Part shown: piece by piece, positions 12,781-26,592 of the stretch
How positions within the stretch are numbered: position 1 is the stretch's first letter
Layout: each line of letters starts with the position of its first letter
Source of the DNA: Eledone cirrhosa
Lineage: Eukaryota
Length of the DNA: 64,000 nucleotides
Reading direction: 5' to 3'
Assembly (NCBI GenBank): GCA_964016885.1
Contig: OZ024743.1
Location: 344,906,001-344,970,000 of the forward strand
Translations under genes and position numbers: made by a program
Notes under the pieces: generated by a model
Told to the model about the DNA's origin: nothing
Database searches by the model: none
What the model saw: only the letters and a program-made list of their open reading frames with translations

Positions 12781-13309
12781 ATGATTGTGATGGTAGTTAC
12801 GATGTGTGTTCTGGTAGTGTTGGTGAGGATTCCGAAAATAGTGGAAGATTGTGATGGTAGTAAGATGTTGGTGGATTTTACTTGTGGTGATTGCGATTCT
12901 AAGATAGGTGGCGTTGGTGGTAGCAGGAGCATTGGTTATGGTTTTCATAGTGGTGGTGGAGGAATTTGCTGATGGTTATGGTGGATGATGGTCGTAATGA
13001 TGTTGGGTTTTGGTGGTACTGTTGGTAATAGTCTTCACACTGGTGTTGGTTAATTGTAGTTGTGGTCGTTGTGTTGCTGGTGATGGATGGGGTTAATGTT
13101 TTCGTGGATATGTATGGTTAGTGTTAACATTAATGGTGATGATGGTGGATGGTTATAGATGGTGTGGCTGGGGGAGGTGGCGCTCACGTCACCCGTCACA
13201 CTTGCATTGGATAGCTTATTTGAAATCTGGTGGTGGTTCTCTAGTTTAATAGCAGTATGCTGGTGGTGTTGGTGAGTGTAATGAAAAGTGAGGCGTTGAT
13301 GGCGACGAC

Positions 13310-13346
13310 GACAACGATAATGATGATGATGATGGGGATGATGGTA

Positions 13347-13387
<41 letters not shown>

Positions 13388-13515
13388 GATGATGATGATG
13401 ATAATAAAGATGATGAAGATGATAGAGATGATGATGATGATATTGATGATATATGATGTTGATGATGATGGTAATGATGATGATGATGATGATGATAATG
13501 ATGGTAATGATGTTG
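13310..13515. repeat. (ATG)n microsatellite
   Basis: Direct inspection. Confidence 0.9.
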
Positions 13516-13553
13516 ATAGAAATGGCAGTGGCAGCTGTGGTAGTTATCGATAT

Positions 13554-13741
13554 AATTGTTTCTACTTTAGGCACAAGGCCAGCAAATTACCCAGTGCATT
13601 ACTGGTACTTTATTTTATGGACCCCCGTAAGGATGAAAGGCAAAGTTAACCTCGGCGGGATTTGAACTCAGACTGTAAAGGGACGTAACTATGCTAGAAA
13701 GCATGGCGTCCAACCCTCTACCGATACTGCCAATCCACCAT
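13554..13741 (-). mobile_element. Full-length tRNA-derived SINE copy
   Basis: Complete ~188-bp unit with A and B boxes. Confidence 0.88.
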
Positions 13742-15012
13742 AATGTTGATTGTGCTGCTCCGGAAGCTGTAGGATGTATTACGTCTGTTGTTAGCATTAC
13801 TTCTATTGTCGTTGTTTAACCCTAGGTCAACACTGATCGAGGTGAACTCTGATGGAAAGCGATCCATTCGAGATCATCCGATCGTTTTGTTTGAGCATGA
13901 CTATCTTTCTTTTTTATAAGATGTTAAGGCGTGATTTGTGTAGATGTGGCAACAATATGGATGCAGCCTGAAAGCGATGGTAACATTGATGGTAGAGGTA
14001 GTGTGAGTGATGGAATTCGTAGTGTGAAGGAGATTACCAGTGGTGCTATTAGTATACAGAAGGTTACTTCCAGTGGGTTTGCTTATTAGGAGAAAGGTAG
14101 CAGGGTGGATGAGGCGTGTTTTCTTGCAGAAAGAGAAGATGAAACGTTTATGAGTCTTGTTGTGAAGATGATGCTGTGGTGGGAGTGATTTGGGTTTAGG
14201 TTTTGGTATAGGTGGCGTCGCTGTTGGTGGTGCTGTGGTAGTAGATGTTGGTAGTGGTGGCGTTGGTGATTATAGTGCTGTTGGTGTTGATGATTGTGGT
14301 GTTGCTAATGGAGACGGTGTTGCAGGTGCCGGTGGTTGTGGAGATGGCTGTTTGATGTAATCTGGATGAAAATGGTTGTAATCTATAAAGTTGACGACGA
14401 TGATGATGATGTTGAAGTAGAGGATGGTTGTTATGTTGTAGGTTGGTAGCTACAGGTCAGACTTAATTGAGCTGGCGTTTTTTTTAGGCATTCAATCTAT
14501 TCGCATCCCATAATTTTGTAAATATATAAGACTGCATTGTCCAGTGTGTACTTTACTAAGACAACAGTTTCATTAGAGGACAAATTTACTGCTAAATATA
14601 TTAGGTCGAGATACTACTTGCGGCTTGGGATAATGATCATGATGATGGTAATGATGGACGTATATACACACACATACACATACATACATACACACATACA
14701 CACACACACATACATACATACATATATTCATACATACACACATACAGACATACATATCAGAGGTCGTTTAGCGCAGTGGTTTAGAACGCTCAGTCGAAGT
14801 TTGAGATGTATGGCGTTCGATTCTTCGTAGCGGCTGCTGGCCACTTTTGTCCGTCAATGGACTATTTTACCAAATTTTCTAAGCTATTATTTATGCCAAT
14901 CGACTGTAGTTACAGTTATTTTCTGCGTTTGGGATTTCTACAGTTTCTAAGAATATATATTTATATTTTGGAAGTATGTTGGCTTACTGTAAGCTGCAAC
15001 AACATGTTTCCC

Positions 15013-15312
15013 AAGGTTAACTTTGCCTTTCATCCTTACGAGGTCGATAAAATAAAGTACCAGTAATGCACTGGGTATTTGCTGGCCTTGTGCCTAACGT
15101 AGAAACAATTATTAATTTGAAGGGCGGTGGTTTGGCAGTATCGGTAGAGGGTCGGACGCCATACTTTGACGCATAGAGTTACGGCCCTTGCTATTCTGAG
15201 TTCAAATCCCGCCGAAGTTAACTTTGCCTTTCATCCTTACAGGGTCGATAAAATAAAGTACCAGTAATGCACTGGGGTAATTGCTGGTCTTGTGCCAAAA
15301 GTAGAAACAATT
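15013..15312 (+). mobile_element. Truncated plus full SINE copies in tandem
   Basis: 15013-15110 is the 3' half; 15123-15312 has A-box TGGCAGTATCGG and B-box GAGTTCAAATCC. Confidence 0.88.
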
Positions 15313-16177
15313 ATTAATTTGACCAACAAGTTGTGCATATTGACCCCAAAGAGAGAGGGAAAATGGACTGAGTCGCCCTGGGGGATCGAATTAACACCTG
15401 CCGCATGCTGGACGGTAATGATAACGCAACCATTCGGCATAGAGCAGATGTTAGTTCTATTGACTGTTGAATAGTCAAATCTCTATTGTAGGAGCTTATA
15501 ATAAAGGAACACATTTTGAAAATTCAAATTCGCTCAACACTTCGTAAAACGATTGTTTATTTGTTTATATATATTGGCTGATATATACAACTTTACAATG
15601 ATCTATTAGTCGCCAGTATCGCTTTGATGTGATGGTAACGCAGCCATCCTTCTGTGAAGAAACTAACAGAGAAATAGAGATGCAAACGCGCATACACACA
15701 AACCTCACAAACCTATATACCCATGCCAAACACAAAAGAACCACACAGGCTCAGATGCAAACGCAGGCGCAGAAAGGTAAATGTACCACAAAAAACCCAG
15801 ATGTGGTAAACAAAATATAACCAGAAAGAAAAAGGAACACAGACAAAAAAATAATCATTGATGAGGTACAGACTGTATGACGAAAGAACTTTAACGATCT
15901 AACGAATAACTAACAGTAAAGCTGAAGTGAAAACCAAATAGTGCGTGTGTATTCATTTGCAATAATGGCAATATGACCATCGCCAAACAACAATTTATTT
16001 AAGCAAAAAGTAAACGGAGACAACAAAGCAAAGAACAGAGTTGTAGGAAAATTATTACTTTAATACTTGATATAGTAGGGAAAGAGTCTTTACGTCTCGG
16101 ACACTAGTCCTTCAGCAGAAGATAGAATGAGAAATAAAAGATAAAATAGAAAGATAGAAAGTGTTGAGAAATTGAGA

Positions 16178-16258
<81 letters not shown>

Positions 16259-16849
16259 CTTCCGTTGTATACGACTTTGTTGTTTGCCCTTGCGAGAATT
16301 TAACCTCTGAACAAGTCAAGTTCAGTATTTGATTGACGATGCATTATGTCAGTACTGGGATGTTTTATAAAAGTACCAGTTACACATTTGGGTCAATTAA
16401 ACGAGGAACTAAATAGATAAATAAATAAATAAAAGGTCGAATCTATAAAGTGAGCACAAGTCAAGTACTGTCGCTAATCAAATTATTCTTTAGCATTTTA
16501 AATGAATAAAATCGACAACACCTTTCACCTACGAATTTCTGCCCTTGTGCCTATGAAAGAAAACATTATAACACCATTATGAAACCACACAAGTTGAGGC
16601 GCAGCAGTGCCGCTTGTAGCAGCAGCAGCAGTAGTAGCAATAAAAGCAGCAGTAGCAGCTATAGATTCACCATAATTTATTATCAGTGGAGTGTATGGCG
16701 AGGAAACAGATGGCGTAGCTTTATTAGATTAGCTTCAAATATAAAATATCTCCGGTGATTTATGCCCCGAGGATAATTAACAGGACGTCTCACTGCTAAC
16801 CATTTTCACATCTAGCCATTTGCCATCATCATTTTCAGCATTGTCAACA

Positions 16850-16872
16850 CAACAACAACAACAACAACAACA

Positions 16873-16935
<63 letters not shown>

Positions 16936-16937
16936 TT

Positions 16938-16989
<52 letters not shown>

Positions 16990-17119
16990 GCTACTACTAC
17001 TACTACTACTACTACTACTATTACTACTACTACCACTACCACCACCACCACCTCCACCACTACTACTTCTACTACTACCACCACCACCACCACCACCACC
17101 ACTACTACTACTACTACTG

Positions 17120-17159
<40 letters not shown>

Positions 17160-17308
17160 CATCATCACCTCCACCAATACTACTACTACTACTACCACTA
17201 CCACCACCACCTCCACCACTACTACTACTACTACCACCACCTCCACCACTACTATTTCTACTACTACCACCACCACCACCACCATCACCACCGCCACCAC
17301 TACTACTG

Positions 17309-17342
<34 letters not shown>

Positions 17343-17359
17343 CACTACTACTACTACTG

Positions 17360-17399
<40 letters not shown>

Positions 17400-17588
17400 C
17401 AGCGCCACCACTACTACTACTACTACTGCTACTACTGCTACTACTACTACCACCACCACCACCACCACCACCACTACTACTACTACCACCACCACCACCA
17501 CCACCTCCACCACCACCACCACCACCTCCACCACCGCCACCACCACCACTACTACTACCACCACCACCACCACCACCGCCATCACCTA

Positions 17589-17620
<32 letters not shown>
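16850..17620. repeat. Compound trinucleotide microsatellite (CAA/CTA/CCA)n
   Basis: Direct inspection. Confidence 0.95.
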
Positions 17621-17970
17621 AAGAAATAATAATTGTAATAACATACATTAAAGACAACAACAATAACAGCAATAACAACACCAATAATAATGACATAATA
17701 ATTAGAATTTTAATTATTATTATCATTATCATTATTATTTATTATTATCCTTATCATTATCATCATTATCATTATTATTATTATTAACAGGGATATCACC
17801 GCCACCATTAATAATATCATCATCATCATAACCATCATTCTCATTCTCATCATTTTAGTTAGAAAGTCAAATATTTTTATTCATTTTCAGTATATACTTT
17901 TCAATTTCATCTCTTGCTTTTTTTCACTCATATTACTTTACTTTTCTTATTTTTGCTGCTGTAGCTGCTT

Positions 17971-18125
<155 letters not shown>

Positions 18126-18288
18126 CTTCATTAAAATTTATCATAAATTACAGAAACGTTACCAATGTTGTAATGTGTGCTTTGTGTCTGGAAACACCAC
18201 GAGAACGGTTGATTTAAAATCACACATGGAAATACGCACGTACACACACAAACCAACACACACATACATATATATATAAATATATATG

Positions 18289-18340
<52 letters not shown>

Positions 18341-18720
18341 CGGTAGTCTATATATTTTTATGAATATATATATGAATATATATATATATACATACATACA
18401 CACATATATACATATATATGCATGTATGCGTATATATACATGCACATATATATATGTATATATATGTATATATATAAGTGTGTGTATGTGTGTATTGACG
18501 AATAATATCAACATTATCGCAAAACTACTGCTACACCATGCATCGAACAAAATTCTGGTCATCGGAAAAGTAAAATGTATGAGACTAATGTACTCAGAAT
18601 GTCTGGAAAAGTAGAACCATGAAACTCAGAGTTACGTTTCCAACTGCCTACAAATTATGCCCGCTCGTACGTACACACATACAACAACAACAACAACAAC
18701 AGCACACACACATATATATA

Positions 18721-18757
<37 letters not shown>

Positions 18758-19238
18758 GGGGTAACAGATTATTGTTATAGGTAGTCCACTTAGGTGTAGT
18801 CCAGTTATGGTACTCCTCCGAGTAGTGGATGATATCAACGCTTGGCTAAGTTTGACTCAACAAGGCGTTTCCATAGTGATGTTGCGAGTACGCTGTAATT
18901 TCTATATTGTAAACACTTGGAGTAATGATAAATCAGGAAAGAAGAGTGACACGGTTTGCTATACAAAAAAGGTTTTTAACCTCATTGCTGACAATTGTTT
19001 CTCTGAACTGGTAGGTCTAGAGATCGCTACCCGCTTGTTTTCACGTTATTCGATCACCAATACAAAGTTATAACCAGTCAATTCATCGGAGCTTGTGAGA
19101 ATGAAAGGAATATACAGGCATGGCTACTATATATAGTAGTAATGGCATTCAATCAGAACAATAACAACAATACTAACAATGCTAGCAATAAATTATTTGA
19201 AATAATCACAACATCAATCTATATTTATATCAATCCTG

Positions 19239-19332
<94 letters not shown>

Positions 19333-19378
19333 GTATGTATATATATAAATATATATATTTGTGTATATATACATACAA

Positions 19379-19415
<37 letters not shown>

Positions 19416-19822
19416 AATGGTTAATAGAAATAACGAAACAAACGACACACTACATGGAAGAAATATATTAGTTTAACGCTTGAAATCCAGGAAGAGAGTC
19501 ATAACCTTTCGGTCACTCGTACTTCATCAGAAAATAGAGTTAGAAATAGAAGATAAATAGAAAGAAAAGAATGATAAGAGGAAGGAATGGGGAATTATGA
19601 GGAGAAGATAAACACACGACCGTATTCAGGCATCTTGTATATATATATATATATATATATATAGGTAGATGGTTTATACAGAACCGTTTATATTTCAGTT
19701 TCTCTTGTGTAATGTTAAACGTGCGTCATCCTTTCGGCAAATACTGAAAACAACATTCTTCTTCTTCTTCTTCTTCTTCTTCTTCTTGCTATTATTACCC
19801 CTTCCACGATGGGGTAATAATA

Positions 19823-22800
19823 GACCCAGTCGGTGGTGCTGGACGTGACCGGCAGCGAAGGCAATGCTTTCAGGCTAGTAGCAGTCTACGCCCCAACAGG
19901 TACAGGACGGCCAGATTTCTTCAGGCGTCTAGATACCTTTCTTGGAACGTCCCGCTCTTTAGTGTTAGTTGGCGACTGGAACGGTATCTTGGATGCACGC
20001 TGGGATCGTATGGGGCTAGTGGCTAGGGGAGGAGGGTAAAAGAGCCTCACCAACCTGCTCAGATGTTTTTAACTGTTTGACAGGTAACGACTGGATCACC
20101 CGAATGTGCCAATGAGGACATGGACAAACCGCATCTGGTCATCCAGATCGTATATCGATAGGGTATTCTGCAGAGAAGTAGATAAGGCTAGTATAAGTTG
20201 TCCACAATTTAAAATAGTCGACTACACAGACCACATATTTGTGATCTGTGAGATCGACATAGACAGACTTCATAGACAAGGGCCTTGTTACTGGAAGCTG
20301 AATGCGTCTTTCCCGGCGCGCAAAGCCTACAGAGACCGGATTAGCGTATTAGTTAAGCGGGCGTTGATGGGAGCAGTCGTCAACAATAGGTGGTGGTTCG
20401 CCCTGAAAAGTGCAATTAAAGTAGAGTCGATTAGGTTTAGAAAAGGAGTAGTGAAAGAGGAAAATAGAGTAGAGGGAGAGCTAGTCAGAAAGCTAGAAGA
20501 GGCGTTTAGGACAGGCATCGCAACCGACGTGCTTGCGGCGAGATTGGCACTCGACCAATTCTTCAACGCAAAACACGAAGGCTGCGTTGTCAGAGCTAGA
20601 GCGGATGCTCTGAAACACGAGGGGACAAAAGCCGTCCAATGGGCCCGGGTGGCAGAGGGGCGACGTGGCAACAAAGCCACAATTCGGTCTTTGTCTGACC
20701 AAAACGGGTGGGTGATGCTCGAACCCGAGCGGATGTGTGAAGCTTTTCAGCAGCACTTTGCTGAACTGTTCGGGAGCGGCGGCGGCCCGGATCGGGGCAT
20801 GGACTTCAGTGCATACCTCGACGCATGCCTCGGCTCTCGACGACGGCAGCACAGTGTTGCGAAAAGTCAATGCCAGCCGGTGAAATACGGGAAGCGATGG
20901 CTAACTGCACAAGGGGTAAATGGCCAGGTTTGGATGGTCTGCCCTACGAGCTTTATGCATTTATGCCAGACTTGTTCGGTGACCTCTTGGCAGACATCTA
21001 CTGCAACTGGCAGCAGAACGGGAGTATTCCCAGTTTTGTGAGCCGGGGAGCAGTGGCGCTGCTGAGAAAAGACCCGAACAAGGGGGATGTTATCGATAAT
21101 TTCAGGCACATAACCCTGCTAAACGCAGAGTTCAAGATTTTGACCAAGGTGTTAGCAACGAGGTTGGCGCTTGTCGTTAAGTGTCTGGTGGGAGAGGCGC
21201 AGACATGCGCCATTCCGGACTGATCCATACACGACAACCTCCACCTCATGCGATACATCATAGAGAGGGTGGTTAAGGAACCTGGCACGGGTGGGGCCCT
21301 GATCAACTTGAATCAATCCAAAGCATTCGATAGGGTCGACCATCGGTACCTGGCGGCGGTCCTCGAGGCAGCCGGTTTCGGGCCCGTTTTCAGGGGTTGG
21401 ATGGTAGCAATGTACAGCGACATCTGCTCAGCGACATCTGCTCAGCATCATGCGCTCATCAGTCCGCCAGGGTTGACCCCTCTCGTCCATCTTGTACGTA
21501 TTGGCTCTCGAGCCGTTACTGCACAAACTGGGGGCGATGAGGGGCGTCCCACGCGAACTAGGATGCGGGAAATCCGAGTCGGCTTATGCTGACAACGTCA
21601 CCGTGGTGGTATCTAGTACCAGACAAGTCCAGTTGCTCGGCACCGCTCTCAAGGAATACGAAGCGGTGACAGGAGCAAAGATAAACCAGGAAAAGTCGGT
21701 GCATTTTCAGCTCGGTACCTGGAGAGGCAAGTCCATGCCGTCCGACAGCGTCGTGGGGCGTTGGACGGACGGACCGGTTAAATTGCTCGGGGTCTGGTTC
21801 GGACCGGATCTCCAGATAAAGAAAAACTGGAACGAGGTGACGAGCAGGGTGGCCTCCCTCACCCAGAAATGGGCCGAGAGGAAGCTGTCCCTGAAAGGCC
21901 TGGCGGAGGTGGCGAATGCGTACATCGCATCCGTCATCTGCTACCGCTTCACCGTCGTCCCTTGCTCCAGCCCAACTCTCACCAAAATGGAGCGCCTCCT
22001 CTTCCGCTTTTTGTGGAAAGGACGCGCTTCCATAGTCAGACGATGCATCTTCTGTCAACACCCGTTGCGTGGAGGATTGGGCATGCCATGGCTGATGATG
22101 CGCAAACATGCGCTGAGGCTGCAACATCTCTGGTGCTTCCTTGATGGTGAACAGGTGTAGTCGCCGTTCGCCAGGCACGTTTTCCCACAGCTCGTCTCCT
22201 TGACGGAGCTGCAGTCCTGGGTCAGAAAAAGACCGAGGGATAGCGCTTGGAAACTGGAATGTCTCCAGGCGCTCACTGCCCTCTGCCAGCTGGGCACCAG
22301 TATCGGTGGAACATCCACCTCTGCGGTCTATAGAGGATAGTGGAGGGGAAGAGCGGCGACATTCTCGGAGAGATGCTGGGCGTCGAAGAAGATCAGCTGT
22401 TTGCTCTCTTCCGGAGAACTTTCGCCCGGGCCTTTGGATAACTTCCACAAATCCCTGACCTGGCAGTGCTACCGGGGAGCGCTGCCGGTTCGAGATAAGC
22501 TCTACAGGCACGGAAGTGCCGTCAGCCGAGCCTGTCCAAGATGCGCACAGAGCGACGAAACCGTCGTGCACGCACTCGTTCAGTGCCCGAGCATTGCTGA
22601 CTTGTGGAGCTATGTCGAACAGTTGCTGTCGCGTGTAGGACTGATCCGGTTGTCGACTGAGTCCATTGTGCAGATGGTCTCGCCGTCTTCCTACGAGGAG
22701 GAAGGGCAGGCGGTTTTCATCTGCCTGCTGGCCATGGCGAAAGAGATTGTGTGGTGGACAAGGTTAAAAGGGTTAAAGGCAGACACTTTCCTCTTCGGCG

Positions 22801-23255
22801 AATCCCTAATTAACTTTTTCAAGTTTCACTTGAAGAGGAAAATCAGGTAAGAGAGGCAAGTGCTGCCTTCTAGGAAGTTTGTTGAAAGGTGGGTGAATGT
22901 AGCGAGAATGGTCCGAGTGAACATACGTATATACACTCTGAATATACGTCTGTAGTTTGAAAGATGGAAACATTGAGAGAGGGCGCTTGCCCTGGTGGTC
23001 AGTGTGGCCGTGGTCTTTTGTGTGGTTTTCGCCACGAGTAACCCTCGGGGGTTTCCCCCCTATTGGGAAATTTTTCATTGTTTCAATTTTTATTTTTATT
23101 GTTTATATATATGTTTCTATGTCCTTTTTTTTCTTTTCTTATATAAATAATAAAAATATTTAAACGCACAAAACCCACATCGTACCGTCCTGTACAGTCC
23201 TGTGCCGTCTGTAATGTTTTTCTTGATGTCAGCCCTTGTGGCCAATAAAGAAATC
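19823..23255 (+). mobile_element. 5'-truncated, decayed Tx1/L1-clade LINE (ORF2 pseudogene plus 3'UTR)
   Basis: ORF fragments 19833-22850 are colinear and clearly homologous to ORF2 at 58932-62369 (GDWNGILDARWD, YWKLN, KAFDRVDH, AYADNV, CPRC..ETVVHALVQC), with stops and frameshifts. The 3' end GCCCTTGTGGCCAATAAAGAAATC is followed by (ATT)n. Confidence 0.92.
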
Positions 23256-23270
23256 ATTATTATTATTATT

Positions 23271-23785
23271 CTTTGAGTCTCAGTCATTGATGTTAGTTAA
23301 CTGGAAAGTTTGTTGAAATGAATATCAAGCCACTACCTGCTGCCTCAGATATTCAGGACGTATCGGAGGGTTCTTGCTGTTCCCAGCAAGCATGCCTTTT
23401 GAAGCGTTCCAAAAAAGCGTGGCGGGGCCAATTTTCTTTAACCATCCCTGGAAACCTTTTGAGATAGTACCTAGTGCGCCTATGACAATCGGGACCACTT
23501 TGACTTCATGGCAGTTCCAAATCCTTTTTACCTCCCACTTTAAGTCCTGGTATCGGTTAATTTTCTCCCTCTACTTCTCTTGCACTCTCGTGTCAAATGG
23601 GCAGGCTACATCTACAATCAGGCATGATCTTTTTTCCTTGTCAAAAACCACCAGGTCAGGTCTATTGTGTTCCAGTTTCTTGTCCGTCTGTACCCTAAAA
23701 TCCCACAGCACCTTCACCTGATCCTTTTCTATCACCGACTCTGGCTTATGCTCATACCACTTCTCAGAATGTGGTAAATTGTTTA
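23271..23785 (-). mobile_element. 3' fragment of a second R4/Dong-like RLE element
   Basis: Minus strand reads WYEHKPESVIEKDQVKVLWDFRVQTDKKLEHNRPDLVVFDK...VVPIVIGALG; (TAA)n at both ends. Confidence 0.85.
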
Positions 23786-24178
23786 ATTTTATTATTATTA
23801 TTATTATTATTATTTACTTTTACTATTGCCATCATTATTCTAGTATTAAAACTTGCTATATTTATCAATGTATGGTGTTTTTTTCATGTTTTTTTTTATT
23901 GGTGTTGGGTATAGGTTAGGCTGTGTTTGGACTGTCATCACTTCAATAATGATAATGTGCAAAAGTGGCAGTGAAGATTAATGCGTTTAAACATGAAAGA
24001 TATGAAAAATAAAATAAAAATTAAACCTCGAAACAAAGAAATAAATGAATAAATAAGCAGAATAAAATTTTTTCAAACTGTCTTTTCGCCATATTTATTA
24101 TTTCAATTATATTTTGTTTCTTGATGTTATATTTTCTTATTGATATTCATTATTTCTTTTTCTTTCGAAGCTAATTTT

Positions 24179-24933
<755 letters not shown>

Positions 24934-25116
24934 TAAATATTCAATGAGAAAAAATATCAGCAGCCATAACAGACGGAGGTGACACTACCACATGGAATAT
25001 GTTACGTTATATCGAGTGGGATTGGAGATGGCAGGAGTTTGTTTTATTCAATTGACGTCACTTAACGCTGTCTCTCGAGTAGAGAAGGAGGGAAATGACA
25101 TTTTCAAGTGTATATG

Positions 25117-25168
<52 letters not shown>

Positions 25169-25171
25169 CAT

Positions 25172-25213
<42 letters not shown>

Positions 25214-25406
25214 GCACATACACTATGTAAAAACACACACACTTATCTCTCTCTCTCTCTTTCCCTCTCTGTCTCTCTCATCCCCTCTCCTCCCCTCTCT
25301 CTCTCTATATATATATAAAGAAATAATTAATTAAAAAATAATTCACAAAAATTAAATAACTATCCGCGTTCCTCGTGGTGATGATGGTGATGGTGATATT
25401 ATTAAC

Positions 25407-25770
25407 AGTTTCTACATTTGGCACAAAGCCAGCAAATAAAGGAAAGGGGGAAAGTCGATTACATTGGCCCAAGCGCATTACTGGTACTTTATTTTATATG
25501 ACTTTGTAAGGACGAAAAGCAAAGCTAACCTATAGTGGAATTTCAAATCCTAACGTAAATGGTCGTAACTCCATACTGCGAAGCATGTTGTCCGACTCTT
25601 TATCGGAGATTTATTATTATTAATAATAATAATAATAATTGTTTCTACTTTTGACACAAGGCCAGCAAATACTCAGTACATTACTGGTACTTTATTTTAT
25701 CGACCCCGTAAGGATGAAAGGCAAAGTTAACCTCGACAGGATTTGAACTCAGACCGTAAAGGGACGTAAC
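25407..25770 (-). mobile_element. Diverged SINE (25407-25606) and younger truncated SINE (25638-25770) in (TAA)n
   Basis: Same consensus blocks as the other copies. Confidence 0.8.
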
Positions 25771-25808
<38 letters not shown>

Positions 25809-26592
25809 GGGAAGTAGACGCACGTGGTGCATAGCGTGTTATGGAATCGCTCCCGTAAGTTTTTGATTTTTAGCATATTTAAAACAATTGTGATATAACA
25901 ATTCGTAGTACAAATGGGACATAAAGCGCCAGGTTTAGCTCTCGGGAAATTCGGATCCATAATATCCTGTTATATCGCTCAAATATTCAATTTCGTATTA
26001 TAAATTTTATATTCAAAAAAGAAAATGGTTATAAATGGAAGAAAAACCCCTCTACACTATATAGAACAGCCAAATAACAGCAATTTCACCAACACCACAA
26101 ACTAGATACACCACCTATCCTATCACCCTCCCTGTGTACACTAAATACAACAGCCAGATAACGGCAATTTCACCACCACCACCACCAATCCCAGCATAAT
26201 AATAATAATTACTATTATTGTATCTCAAGTTTTCTCAAAATGTTTAATTCAAATATTAAAGAAATATGTCAACACATATATTAAACCACTCTTTCATTGC
26301 TACCACCACTATTCCCCCACTACCTTCTGTTAACTTAAGAAAGGGGAAGGTGGCGGTATCACTAGACTGACTTAGTGACCCGGTCAAACGTCAACGACTA
26401 TTGCACTGCTCCCCCCTTCCCCACCAAGAATAGAAAAAGACCCAGCACCACCACCGACATAGCCAACAACAATAACAGGCAACTTCAACAAAAATTATAT
26501 TATATTATTAATAATAATTTCATTCTTAAGCAACGCAATGCTCACATTAAGGAACCACTCATGATAATAACAATATAAAAAACAACAAAAAA

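Noticed and set aside
10488-12854. 788-aa (GGGLLVDNAV)n ORF as a structural protein gene
   Set aside because: It is the read-through of a 30-bp minisatellite. There is no ATG start context or unique domain, and the variants are non-synonymous, giving no sign of coding selection.
15123-15215. tRNA gene (A and B boxes)
   Set aside because: No cloverleaf; it is the head of a multicopy SINE. The same holds for the tRNA-like stretch at 14760-14835.
16812-17629. Poly-L/P or poly-V protein
   Set aside because: Compound trinucleotide microsatellite.
19495-19540. Minus-strand CTGATGA...GAAA hammerhead
   Set aside because: Stems I and III do not pair; at best a heavily decayed copy.
21558-22571. 337-aa antisense ORF in the decayed Tx1 copy
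   Set aside because: Shadow ORF of the GC-rich ORF2; not kept open at this length in the related copy.
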